A DNA stretch of 32,000 bases from Telmatocola sphagniphila (GCF_018398935.1 NZ_CP074694.1:3000001-3032000); one strand, 5' to 3'; shown: positions 17,794 through 27,619, counted from the stretch's first letter. The notes: generated from the sequence alone by a model not told the origin. Translations and numbers: made by a program.

Positions 17794-19189
17794 CCCTATT
17801 CAGCGACGCGATTTTCTATCCTTCTCTCTGCAAGGGATCGGAGCTACGGCAGCGCTTTCGCTAGTCCTCCGCGATGCCGGGGCAACGCCGAATCACTTCC
17901 CCGCCAAGGCTAAACGGGTGATCCACCTCTGCTTCTGCGGGGGAGTCAGCCAGATCGACACTTTCGATTACAAGCCGGAACTGGCGAAACGGCATGGGAA
18001 ACCGCTCGGGGGAACTGAACGGCCCGATGTGTTTTTTGGACAAGTGGGATTGTTGCGAAAACAGGACTGGGAATTCAAGCAGCGCGGGCAGAGTGGACTC
18101 TGGATTTCCGAACTGTTCCCACGACTCGCGGAAGTCGCCGACGAGTTAACCATTGTTCGCTCGATGGTCGCGGAATCGTCCAGTCATACACCAGCGACCT
18201 TCCAGGAAAATAGTGGCTTTCGGTTCAACGGCTATCCGGCTCTGGGTTCCTGGCTTTCCTACGGTTTGGGTAATGAGGCGGATGATCTCCCGGCGTTCGT
18301 CGTACTTCCCGACACCCGTGGACTGCCCGCAGGCGGTACCATCAACTGGTCGAATGGCTTTCTACCGGCTCAACATCAGGGTGTGATGTTTCAAAGCTCT
18401 GGCCCCGTGGTGCGAGACCTTTTCCCAGCTTTGCCCTTGGATCGGAATTCGGACAAGGCCGCCCGAGAACTTCAATCGAAACTTAACGTCCTCGATCTGC
18501 AGGAGCACCCGGCCAACGATGAACTGGCCGCGCGCATCAAAGCCTATGAACTGGCGGCCAAGATGCAGCTGGCCGTGCCGCGCGTGACCGATCTTTCCAA
18601 AGAGGATACGAAAACCAAGGAACTTTACGGCCTGAATCGAACGGAAACGCAGGACTTCGGAAGAAGCTGTCTGTTGGCCCGCCGGTTGCTGGAACAGGGC
18701 GTTCGATTCGTTCAGCTATTCTCCGGGGGAGCTTTCGGATCTCCCCGCATTAACTGGGATGGCCATGAGGACATGAAGGAGAATCACAATCGGGAAGCTA
18801 TTCGCGTCGATCAGCCGATTGCCGCTCTGATCAAGGATTTACGTCGTCGCGGAATGCTGGACGACACGTTGATCTTATGCACTAGTGAATTCGGCCGTAC
18901 ACCTTTCACGCAGTCCGGTTCCGATACAGTCGGTAAAGGACGGGACCATAATCAGTATGGCTTCACGGTCTGGTTGGCCGGTGCGGGTTTGAAGAAAGGA
19001 ATCGCTTATGGAGCCACCGATTCGATCGGCTGGAAAGCCGTAGAACAGGTAACCACCTGGTACGATTTCCATGCAACCGTGCTGCACCTTCTGGGAATCG
19101 ACCATACCCGGCTGACTTATTACCACAATGGAATCAAACGCCGACTGACCAACGTCCATGGGGAAGTCATCAAGGGCCTCTTAAGCTGA
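17783..19189 (+). CDS. DUF1501 family protein (sulfatase/alkaline-phosphatase-like fold), Tat-exported
   Basis: Twin-arginine signal QRRDFLSFSLQGIGATAA. DUF1501-type C-terminal motifs (CTSEFGRTP, GRDHN). The start (17771 or 17783) overlaps the stop of the upstream partner gene. Confidence 0.85.
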   Translation: MFTNPIQRRDFLSFSLQGIGATAALSLVLRDAGATPNHFPAKAKRVIHLCFCGGVSQIDTFDYKPELAKRHGKPLGGTERPDVFFGQVGLLRKQDWEFKQRGQSGLWISELFPRLAEVADELTIVRSMVAESSSHTPATFQENSGFRFNGYPALGSWLSYGLGNEADDLPAFVVLPDTRGLPAGGTINWSNGFLPAQHQGVMFQSSGPVVRDLFPALPLDRNSDKAARELQSKLNVLDLQEHPANDELAARIKAYELAAKMQLAVPRVTDLSKEDTKTKELYGLNRTETQDFGRSCLLARRLLEQGVRFVQLFSGGAFGSPRINWDGHEDMKENHNREAIRVDQPIAALIKDLRRRGMLDDTLILCTSEFGRTPFTQSGSDTVGKGRDHNQYGFTVWLAGAGLKKGIAYGATDSIGWKAVEQVTTWYDFHATVLHLLGIDHTRLTYYHNGIKRRLTNVHGEVIKGLLS

Positions 19190-19762
19190 GAGTGAAATTT
19201 TTTGCCCTTTTCTGAATTTCAATTTTCTGGCATCCAACGCTCCAGGAATAACTGAATTTTTGCTTTCGCTAGCTATGTAGCCGGCGTTATCAAAGGATAA
19301 TGACGCGATCACAATTCGATCGAATGAGCGTTTGATCCAACACTCATCAGCCGATCCACGCTCCAATTCATCTTGTCTAGTTTCGCTCTTAATTCCTACG
19401 CTGCAGGAAGTTAGATAACTGCTACCAATCTTGTGCGTACATCCGTCACAACGCGCGAGACTGCTCCTTCCTTATCCCCTTTAGTTCGAAAAAGAATCAA
19501 GATTCAGGTTCGCAATTCGCAAAAAAATGATGGAATCGATATTCGCCGTTCGCGAGTTCAGTGAATGCAATTATTGATTCCTGAAAAGGTTAAGACCGCT
19601 TGTTGCCGGAGAATTTGAGCAAGGAATCTAATACCTGATATGGTTCTTAAAAGTATATAGTTTTAATATATAAAAAGCCGTCGAGAGACCGCGCAGCGTG
19701 AAAATTGCATTCTAGTATATACAGATAGTAGCTTTCCGCTTGCAAATCACCCCAGTGAGACG

Positions 19763-19954
19763 ATGACGATCAACAAGAAGAAAGCCGCCGAGCAAAAAAA
19801 ACCTATAGGCCGAGTTCCCATAGCCGGTTGTCGCTGCCACTGCGGCTACGAGTGGGCCTACCAGGGAACGACTCGTCCGGAGCATTGTCCCAAGTGCAAA
19901 AGTTGGGATTGGGATAAACCGCAGGGCCCGAAATCTCCAGATCTTGCCAGTTGA
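19763..19954 (+). CDS. Small basic Zn-ribbon-like protein (CxCxCG...CPxCK), paralog 1
   Basis: 63 aa. Core GCRCHCGYEWAYQGTTRPEHCPKCKSWDWDKP with a Lys-rich N-terminus. A paralog lies about 300 bp downstream. Confidence 0.5.
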   Translation: MTINKKKAAEQKKPIGRVPIAGCRCHCGYEWAYQGTTRPEHCPKCKSWDWDKPQGPKSPDLAS

Positions 19955-20249
19955 GTGTCAGGTCCAACTGGAAATTTTGACCAATGTACTGCCTTTTCGG
20001 GTGAGAGGTTTTTTGATTCCCCTGAGAAAATTTCCCTAGCTCAAATCGCAGAATTTCCTACTATCTTTTTCGTGCACCACGGAGAATGATTCTAAGGTCT
20101 TAGCCCAGGGACGAGGCGGCCGAGAATTGTTTTCGATGGGTGCTGATTCAAAATCTCTCACGATGCCCCGGATCTGGTGATCGTTTTCGCCAGTAAACGG
20201 ACTGTATTGTGTCAATTATCAGTTCGCCATGAGTCGAGGAGCTGAGTTA

Positions 20250-20450
20250 ATGCCTGAAGCTGGGGAAGTAGCCACGTCGGACACCAAGCAGTTAGGAATG
20301 GTTTGGATCATGGGCTGTCGCTGCCGTTGCGGCCATGAATGGGTTCCCCATACTGCCGAGCGTCCGCACGTCTGCCCTAGCTGTAAAAGTCCCCGCTGGG
20401 ACAAGAAGAAGAAGTTCGAGCGCAAGAAAAAAACGGTTCCGCTGGGATGA
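20250..20450 (+). CDS. Small basic Zn-ribbon-like protein, paralog 2
   Basis: Core GCRCRCGHEWVPHTAERPHVCPSCKSPRWDKKK with a Lys-rich C-terminus. GAGGAG (20236-41) lies 8 nt upstream of the ATG at 20250. The ORF could also start at 20229. Confidence 0.5.
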   Translation: MPEAGEVATSDTKQLGMVWIMGCRCRCGHEWVPHTAERPHVCPSCKSPRWDKKKKFERKKKTVPLG

Positions 20451-20827
20451 GGAATTCAGGAGGCTTGACTGAGCTTGGAAGCTGTTCAAAATGCCACTTA
20501 ACTTGAATCAAGAGCTTATTCTCAACTCACGCTTTTCCTCTCATCGAGTACCACCTCAACCCAACCTCTCTCCAACTCAGTTCGATACCGGTTTATTATT
20601 TCGATGGGATTTAAATTCAGCGAATCTCAACAGGTAAACTTTTTGGATCTACTATAATCAAAAATATTGTCTTTGCTTCACTCACAACTTTGTTTGACAC
20701 GTTCCAAATTTTCCCGAACCTCTAGTCAGCATTCCATGCTCTGTCTGTTAATCGGGACAGAATATAATCCGCAGCTTCATGTGTTGCTGTTTCATGAATA
20801 CTCAGCCAAGAATTTGAGGCGAAATCT

Positions 20828-21502
20828 ATGGAATGGGATGATTTTTCACCGCCGCCTAATCCAAACAATGATCAGCAAATGGACGCTTTGCGCAAGGGTT
20901 TAGGAAGAGCGATGAATTGGGCTTTGACCGGTCGACTTGAGAATGAAATTTTACTGAATGCTTGCCTGGAAAATCACGTATTCGACACGATGTGTGAGCC
21001 ATCCAGAAGCTCATGGCTATGGGAACTTCTCGAGGCAACTTCTTCAACCGGCCACTTCCGAAATCCCATTCTAAGAGCCTTGGAAAATCCGACGGATGCA
21101 CGCGCAGTGATCCAATTAAGCGAGCTGGCCAAGTTTTATGCCAAGGGCGGAGACGATGAATTTCGCACCAGTTTGTATCGAATAGTAGAACAAAAACCAT
21201 TTTCCTCGGACTCCCATTTAGGCGAGAAAGAACTTCTCGATGTGGAAGGCGAAAAAGGATTTCTTTTTCTTACACGACTCAGAGGTATCGAATACGCAAC
21301 TCGAGATTGGGAATGGAAAGATCGTTATTTTGTTGAGGATGCAGTCGATCGCTTTGGGGAGAAGCGGGTCGAAACGTTACTTGAAGAATCCTCCGATGAG
21401 AACATCATTCGATTTAGAGCAATCTGGAAACAAACACCAGAACAAAAGGCACTTGTACCATCGCAATCGGCCCCACAAAATCCCATTCGAATGAACAAGC
21501 TA
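20828..21502 (+). pseudogene. 5' fragment (225 codons) of a hypothetical-protein gene interrupted by IS630 insertion
   Basis: The ORF runs into the IS left end and stops 2 codons inside it (V-stop at 21503-21508). The frame continues exactly at 22673 if the IS and one TA copy are removed. Confidence 0.75.
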
Positions 21503-22670
21503 GTGTAGTGTCTCACACAGAAGATGTTTTATCCAAGGTAGCTCTAGCCCGTCGAACTTTCTCCAGAATAGCCTCGGCTTTGGCGGTCCATTGGAATCCT
21601 TTTCCTGTGTTGTTGTGATGATCGATGTAGTCTTCAATCGCCTGGATTAATTGCGGCACACTTCGAAATGTGCCTCGACGCAGTCGTTTGTCCGTCAAGT
21701 CGCGAAACCAACGCTCCACCAGATTCATCCAGGAACTGCTCGTGGGGGTGAAATGCATGTGGAATCGAGGATGTCGGGCCAACCAACGCCGAACCTTGGG
21801 ATGCTTGTGCGTGGCATAATTGTCCACGATCAAATGCAAGTCCAAGGCCGGATCGGTGGCGGCATCGATCCGCTTGAGAAACTTGATCCATTCCTGGTGT
21901 CGATGTCGCGGCATGCATTCGCCAATTACTACTCCTTCCGCCACGTTCAAAGCCGCGAACAGAGTGGTGGTGCCGTGACGAATGTAATCGTGAGTCAGAG
22001 TGCCGCAACGGCCGGGTACCATCGGCAAGCTTTTTTGCGTGCGATCAAGGGCTTGTATCTGACTCTTCTCATCGCAACTCAGCACCAGGGCGTGCTCGGG
22101 AGGGTTCAAGTACAAGCCCACTACATCCCACAGTTTCTCGGCGAATTGAGGATCATTCGATACCTTGAAGGTCTTATGCAAATGAGGCTTCAGACCGTGG
22201 GACGACCAGACCCGCTGCACGGTGGCTTTGCTCACTCCTACCTCTTGGGCCATCGTTCGTGTGCTCCAATGAGTCGCACCGGATGGTTTCTCCTGAGTGG
22301 TCTTTCGGAGAATTTCTTCGACGACTTTCCCGCTGATCGCTGGCGTTCGACCCGGCCGCGAAGCGTCCCGTTCGATACCCGCCAAACGCAGCTTCGCAAA
22401 TCGGGTCCGCCAGCGCGCCACCGTGGGCTTCGACGTGCCGCATTCCTCAGCAATGTCCTTGTTCCGTACACCCGCGGCCGCCGCGAGTATGATCTTCGCC
22501 CGCAGGACCAGCCGAGCGGGAGTACTTCGTCCCCGAGACCAAGAAGTCAAAGTTTGGCGTTCCTCCTCGGACAGCGAAATTGGCAGCGCGACTTTCATGG
22601 GTTTTCTCCTTCTCTATAGAGTAAACCGCAAAAAGGAGCTAAAGGTAACGCTATTTCTGAGACAATACAC
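21503..22670 (-). mobile_element. IS630-family insertion sequence (about 1.17 kb), apparently intact
   Basis: Terminal inverted repeats GTGTAGTGTCTCA (21503-15) and TGAGACAATACAC (22658-70) match at 12/13 positions. They are flanked by TA (21501-02) and TA (21671-72 on the right side, i.e. 22671-72), which fits the TA target-site duplication of IS630/Tc1-mariner. Confidence 0.85.
21513..22598 (-). CDS. IS630-family transposase (N-terminal HTH domains + DDE_3 catalytic domain)
   Basis: 361-aa single ORF. HTH region ([20 protein letters not shown]). Catalytic residues in [18 protein letters not shown] and NLVERWF, with D-x35-E spacing. Confidence 0.9.
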   Translation of the reverse strand: MKVALPISLSEEERQTLTSWSRGRSTPARLVLRAKIILAAAAGVRNKDIAEECGTSKPTVARWRTRFAKLRLAGIERDASRPGRTPAISGKVVEEILRKTTQEKPSGATHWSTRTMAQEVGVSKATVQRVWSSHGLKPHLHKTFKVSNDPQFAEKLWDVVGLYLNPPEHALVLSCDEKSQIQALDRTQKSLPMVPGRCGTLTHDYIRHGTTTLFAALNVAEGVVIGECMPRHRHQEWIKFLKRIDAATDPALDLHLIVDNYATHKHPKVRRWLARHPRFHMHFTPTSSSWMNLVERWFRDLTDKRLRRGTFRSVPQLIQAIEDYIDHHNNTGKGFQWTAKAEAILEKVRRARATLDKTSSV

Positions 22671-22672
22671 TA

Positions 22673-23377
22673 GAGCAGTCCAGTTCAGGGATTGAGAAAA
22701 ATCGGATTATTGCCGAGATATCCCGAAAATTGAAGACTGGTCCCGCTGAGATCATTGCTGCCGCCGAATCTCAACGGCAAGAGTTTAGGGACTTTCGCCG
22801 CTGGGGCATGAATGCCAAGACCGAAGAGCTAAATGAAGTACTCAAACAACTCTGGCTGGCGGAGAAGCCCAAGGTAATTCTCAACTATCTCGAAGTTTTT
22901 TCCAATCGAGCTTTGCCAGTGTTCGATCCGAGACTCATTGAGCTTACTCGCCATCCAGACGAAAAAGTCCGTTGGCGAGCATTTAAAACTCTTTCGATGA
23001 ACGATCATCCAATTTTAAGGGAGCATGCACTGAAGGAACTTGAGAAAGGACTGAGCGACTGCCTAAACGCAGATTTATTCATCTACAACTTCTTTCCCGG
23101 CGATGAGGAAAGAATTCTGAAAGCTCTGGTCCTTCCTGACGATCTAAACCAACTTCATTGGTTACTCTCGGCAATAGAAGATATACTGGAAATCAATCCC
23201 AGCGCCGACTCCTCGAAATTGGGAGTTGTCATCTATGCCCACACTCCCTGTGTGAATTGTCGATTCAAAGCGATTAAGCACCTGGCCAGGCAATCCGCCA
23301 TCCCATCTTGGATGAAAGAGGAATGTAGATTCGACTCCAACGTAGAATGTCGGGAGCTCTTGAAGTCGATGAATTAG
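22673..23377 (+). pseudogene. 3' fragment (234 codons) of the IS630-interrupted gene; HEAT/ARM-like helical repeats possible
   Basis: The frame is open from 22661 and is in phase with 20828..21502 across the IS. The track's start at 22730 is a TTG. No independent RBS or ATG. Confidence 0.7.
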
Positions 23378-23492
23378 GGGAGAGATCTAGATTGGTTTTT
23401 ACGGGATCGCGAGCCAAGATGTAAACCGCCTTCCAAACATAACAGGTCATTCATCTACGGCATAAAAGTTAACTGCGAAAAATCATATAAGC

Positions 23493-23789
23493 TTAATCCG
23501 ATGGATCAGACCAGCTGATCGATTTGGCGTTTTGACCTGATTCGTAATGGTAGTGTTCCAAGGCAGCCGACGTGAATTGACCGATAAATCGAGCTTCCAC
23601 TTGATCTGGCCGTTTGGGTTTGAAAATCTCTGAATCAATCGCCTAATCGAATAACCCTACATCCAGTGGAAACTTGGTAAGACAACCGCTCAAAAAATGC
23701 TTCGAGATCCAGCTCTCTGCCAATTCTCGGCGGGTAAATATCCCGGAGGTAAAGTTACCTCCTCCGTTGAAAACCCAGACATTTTCCAT
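23493..23789 (-). pseudogene. Small conserved-looking ORF (97 codons) interrupted by one in-frame TAG at codon 49
   Basis: AAGGAG RBS lies 7 nt upstream of the ATG at 23789. Hand translation: MENVWVFNGGGNFTSGIFTRRELAESWISKHFLSGCLTKFPLDVGLFD-TAG-AIDSEIFKPKRPDQVEARFIGQFTSAALEHYHYESGQ.... The TAG (23643-45) sits where a Trp (TGG) would fit a D-W-A-I pattern that I recall from a widespread ~100-aa family. Confidence 0.5.
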
Positions 23790-23996
23790 CGAAACTCCTT
23801 TAAGTTCGAACCGATTTTAACTCACGCTCGCAAGAAGGAAAATGCCTCGAAACATTCAAAACGAAATAGATTCAAAGTTATGGGAGTTCGTAATTCTATC
23901 TCACCGGAGAGTTACTGCCCAACAGCTGCTGTTAGCAACGCCCCTTCCTTAACGACCTCGACTCGAATGCTCATTAAAGCGGAGTCCAGTTCAGAC

Positions 23997-24329
23997 TCAA
24001 CACTCCGGCAAGTGACTGGGAACCTTGGCCTCGAATAGGCGAACAAGGCTTTCTTCCATGTAGTCGTACTCGTCCGGAATATTGAGACAGATGACTCGCT
24101 TGCCATTAAGTTGTGATTTGAACTTGGCGGAGAGTTTTGTCCGATGGGCTTTCTCCATCACGAAGATAATATCTGCCCAAGTGACTAGTTCGGGAGTGAG
24201 TGGGTTGTCCGCATCGTTGTTCAGACCCGCCGAAGATGTCTCAATGCCCGGCCAATTGGCAAAGACTTGCTCGGCCGTCGGGCTGCGCAGCCGGTTCTGG
24301 CTGCAAATGAACAACACATGCTTCGTCAT
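23997..24329 (-). CDS. Low-molecular-weight protein-tyrosine-phosphatase / ArsC-like family protein (short form)
   Basis: P-loop CX5R(S) motif VLFICSQNRLRSPTAE at the N-terminus, and a conserved DIIFVMEK region. GGAGGTGA RBS upstream of the ATG at 24329. The longer ORF reaching 24392 has no RBS. Confidence 0.7.
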   Translation of the reverse strand: MTKHVLFICSQNRLRSPTAEQVFANWPGIETSSAGLNNDADNPLTPELVTWADIIFVMEKAHRTKLSAKFKSQLNGKRVICLNIPDEYDYMEESLVRLFEAKVPSHLPEC

Positions 24330-24440
24330 GTCACCTCCGGTATCGCAGCGATGAAAAGCCCCGATTGGAATAAGCAGTGAGCGACAAACCAAAGGTAGGC
24401 TCGATGAGCGTCAAGTCAGGTGTACAGACACTGGTTCGTC

Positions 24441-24890
24441 CTATTGTTTGGGCAACAATTCAATGACTAACTCCTCCGCCTCAATGTCCAGTTCCGTGCG
24501 ATCAAACATTACCGACAAGCAGAATCGGCCACCCGACCGCAAATGTGCCTCCTCGTACAGCCACCACTGGCCAACCAACTTGGCCACCGCGAATCGCCCG
24601 ACAACTCCGTGGAAGGTGAGCCGCACCTGCCGTCCACGGAATCCGCTGAGGGCATTGGTCGTATCGACCACCAGTACAAGTTCACAACCGGACAATTTCG
24701 CAAATTGAACCACACCATCGTGTAGCCCTTGCTTGCACAGACGGCGTACTGAAGGAGGCAGCATCGGGGCCATTGCTGCCAGGTACTGTTCGTACAGTTT
24801 CGCACTCCGTAACCACTGTCGCGCGGCCTTCCGCTCCCATCCCGAACACGGCTGGAGGCCGAGGTATATCTCTCGCGTGAAAAATACCAT
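24441..24890 (-). CDS. DUF4085-like protein (short variant)
   Basis: N-terminal MVFFTREIY (family pattern MKYFTKEWY), LHDGVV, and the C-terminal WWLYEE motif. GGAGGA RBS lies 9 nt upstream. Family assignment is from memory of the consensus. Confidence 0.55.
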   Translation of the reverse strand: MVFFTREIYLGLQPCSGWERKAARQWLRSAKLYEQYLAAMAPMLPPSVRRLCKQGLHDGVVQFAKLSGCELVLVVDTTNALSGFRGRQVRLTFHGVVGRFAVAKLVGQWWLYEEAHLRSGGRFCLSVMFDRTELDIEAEELVIELLPKQ

Positions 24891-25351
24891 CGATCAAGAA
24901 TCCTCCCGCCGCCGAATGCTGAAGATCATCAGCGACGGTGGCCAAGTAAGCTACTATCTCAGGAAAACCTATATCTTCGACGTTCAAGTACTGCTTAGGG
25001 TTCGGAATCCGGGTCACAAGCTCCGTCAGTTGGCGAACAAGCTGTGATGAGCCAAGCTAGTCCTTGTAGCCCGTAACTGGCAACAACCGGATTGTGGCGA
25101 GAACCTTGACCACTAGTGCCCAGCACTGATGGGTTCGGGCCAGAATGCACACGATGTGATGGGGAATCCATCATATAGCAACTCCTACCGCTGAAGGATC
25201 AGGCTCATTAGCGGCGATGCCAAGCGAGCTAGAACTCTGAATATCTTACCAGCCCTATCCATCTGTAGTACTGCCTAATTTGGCCAGCCTTGCGCATCCG
25301 CCGAGCAACCTGAATCGCCTCACAAAGTGTAGCGAGCTCTGGGTCGCTTTG

Positions 25352-27046
25352 CTACTTTGCTCTTCCATGTAACAGATGATCAATATCTCGGTCGAGTTGA
25401 GAGGATTTAAGCGCTTTATCGACATCTCCGGAGAGGCTCGTTGATTTTGAAATGATATCCACAAGCATTTCAAATGCTTGTGATATGAAGTCCGCGATTT
25501 TCTCAGGTTCCTCCTCGAGTAGCTTAAGCTCTGCGACTAAATCTTGGTGATTTCCATACCAGTTTTCAGAGCCATGAAACAAATACGCAGCAATTCGAGT
25601 AACGTGGAAGCTACCTCGTGTAGCGACCAATCTTCGGACATCATTTCTATCATTACTGTGTCCGCTTTCACTAAGCCATTTCGTAACAAGCTTCGCTATC
25701 ACAGCAGCAATGATGTAGGGTTCAACTGCTTTTCCCGAGAAAATGCGGGAATGAGATTCGCCCCAGACCTTGTATTTTCTCGCGCGAGCATCTGAAGGAG
25801 TCTTAAGCACTGTTGCAAGATAAGCTTGAGCAACATATTCATTTGTGAATAAACGATTTACATCGAAATCGGAATCGTCGAACTGCCGAGGTTTGCGTTC
25901 GTAGCTGTATTGGTAAATACCAAACGCCTTCTCCATGTCTAATTGGATCGGATCATTCGCCCGAAGATCACGACTACTGATTTGGTTTTGATTATTTGTT
26001 GTTAGTACGATCTTATTTACAAGTGCCGGATCCTGAGTTTGGTATATCCGCGTCAAAACGCGCACATCAGGCGCCAGCTTTCCATCTTTCAACGCAATGG
26101 CGATAGTGGTTGCAGTTTGACATCCATTCACTATTTGGAGGTTATGGAGCTTGACATGAGGATTATCAGGATCGGTGACCGGATCAAATTTATCACATAC
26201 GATGGTAATGCCGTTATTCAGGAACCAGAATTCATAACTAGATTTCGTGTTCGAAGCTGTGGCCTGGATATCACGATTCACGGCACCACGACTCCCCAAA
26301 AAACGCCTGATATTCAAATCAAAGACGGCTCCATCCGGATTATCATTTACGAGTTTCCCGATCTCAGAGGCCGGGATCGAACACACAAGTCCTTGCAGAT
26401 CCTGCGCGTAATATTTAATAAGTGATGGATTGTTCGTATCGTAGCGGAGCTTTAGAGCTGCATCAACACGTCTGGTTTGACGTTCTTGTTGTTTCGAAAG
26501 ATTTGTGAGTTCATCTGCCCCAATTGGTTCAATGTCAAATTCTTCGAAAGTGTCGTTGCTATATTCTGATCGAAGCCCATTGAGTTCTTGGAAGAACTCT
26601 TCGGAGAGCGCAACCGTTTCTCCAATAGTAACGAAGCTAACGTGAACTCTGATATTCGATGGACCTATACTGCTTTGGAGCGCACGATACTCGATGATTT
26701 TATCACGTAGCGAAGCATTAGGCAATTTGTCAACATCTTTGCGGGGACGCTGGAAGACCCATTTTAGACCATTTCCGATCTGAACAAGTACGTTTGAAGA
26801 AAACGATTCGCTGTTCTTAGATTGAACAATGTAGACGTCTGCCGAATCACTTTGCTGCTCGATGGTGAAGATATCAATTTGCTTGTCTTGACCACCATCA
26901 ACTATATCCACAGGATCGAAGCTGTGAATGCTCTTACCGGTGACGAGTGACCATGCGATTCTCATGAATGCTTCATCAGAAGTAATTCCCAATGAGGCTG
27001 CAAGTGCATCGGTTCGATCGGCGATAATTTGTTGTCTAAGATTCAT
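25352..27046 (-). CDS. AIPR (abortive infection phage resistance) family protein
   Basis: 564 aa. AIPR-type motifs FDLNIRRFLGSRGAVNRDI, FWFLNNGITIVCDKF, LQIVNGCQTATTI. The gene is visibly more AT-rich than the flanking core genes. Confidence 0.8.
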   Translation of the reverse strand: MNLRQQIIADRTDALAASLGITSDEAFMRIAWSLVTGKSIHSFDPVDIVDGGQDKQIDIFTIEQQSDSADVYIVQSKNSESFSSNVLVQIGNGLKWVFQRPRKDVDKLPNASLRDKIIEYRALQSSIGPSNIRVHVSFVTIGETVALSEEFFQELNGLRSEYSNDTFEEFDIEPIGADELTNLSKQQERQTRRVDAALKLRYDTNNPSLIKYYAQDLQGLVCSIPASEIGKLVNDNPDGAVFDLNIRRFLGSRGAVNRDIQATASNTKSSYEFWFLNNGITIVCDKFDPVTDPDNPHVKLHNLQIVNGCQTATTIAIALKDGKLAPDVRVLTRIYQTQDPALVNKIVLTTNNQNQISSRDLRANDPIQLDMEKAFGIYQYSYERKPRQFDDSDFDVNRLFTNEYVAQAYLATVLKTPSDARARKYKVWGESHSRIFSGKAVEPYIIAAVIAKLVTKWLSESGHSNDRNDVRRLVATRGSFHVTRIAAYLFHGSENWYGNHQDLVAELKLLEEEPEKIADFISQAFEMLVDIISKSTSLSGDVDKALKSSQLDRDIDHLLHGRAK

Positions 27047-27394
27047 TGGTAGTTTTTTGGATAGGCTTTAATTCATTGACAGTATCAACTTGCGTTAGTT
27101 ACTTGTGATAAACTGACGGTCTGAGTACATCTGCTAAGGCTGAGCGCGGGGTAAAATTGAATATCTAACCCGATTATTACAAACTAGCCATCCTGTAGCC
27201 TTCATATCATTGTTGTAATTTTCTCTGTCTCGCATTCACAATTTCAGAGTAACCCCTGATAAATTGTTAACGACAATTTGCATAGTTGATTCAAGATTTT
27301 CGAAATAGTGTTTAAAAAACTGGGCAGAGCTGCTCGGAGCAGACTAAAAAATTTATTTCCAAGTGATCCATATTTTTTTGCCCCGATCTGGCAA

Positions 27395-27619
27395 TTATGC
27401 CAATTCCCAAATTCCTCGTGGCACATCTTCGACAGGTCTAAGGACACCGTCTCGACGAAGAATATCACCTGCCCAACGAAGCTCGTACTGCCACTCGTAT
27501 AGCAGATCGCCAGCGGCACGAATCTCAGGCTCATGCATCTCCCAAACACGTCGTGAGATCTCAAGGATAGTTCCACGGCCCCCAAGCAGCCGAAGTGCTT
27601 CGACTATCCAGTCTGTCAT
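27395..27619 (-). CDS. Small stand-alone winged-helix protein (Mrr_N-like wHTH)
   Basis: MTDWIVEALRLLGGRGTILEISRRVWEM...WQYELRWAGDILRRDGVLRPVEDVPRGIWELA resembles N-terminal wHTH domains of Mrr-type restriction proteins. The start could also be 27640. Lies directly next to the tRNA 3' end. Confidence 0.45.
   Translation of the reverse strand: MTDWIVEALRLLGGRGTILEISRRVWEMHEPEIRAAGDLLYEWQYELRWAGDILRRDGVLRPVEDVPRGIWELA

Noticed and set aside
19190-19762. Search for an integrase remnant or an att-type direct repeat of the tRNA-Ser 3' end at the left island border
   Set aside because: I found no convincing ORF. The 61-aa minus ORF 19181..19366 looks spurious. I could find no match to the tRNA 3' segment by eye; the only 8-nt match, TTCGAACC at 23813, is consistent with chance. 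A computational repeat search is needed before claiming island boundaries.
21651-22619. 322-aa plus-strand ORF covering the IS630 element
   Set aside because: It is antisense to the transposase, which has clear HTH and DDE motifs. The plus-strand translation is Arg/Gly/Ser-rich with no recognisable domain.
23697-24038. 113-aa plus-strand ORF
   Set aside because: It runs antisense across the RBS-equipped small ORF (23493..23789) and the end of the LMW-PTP-like gene. It has no RBS and no recognisable motif.
24682-25017. 111-aa minus-strand ORF (GTG start) overlapping the start of the DUF4085-like gene
   Set aside because: It overlaps 24441..24890 in another frame for about 200 nt. The DUF4085-like ORF has a GGAGGA RBS and family-typical N- and C-terminal motifs. 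The overlapping ORF has neither.
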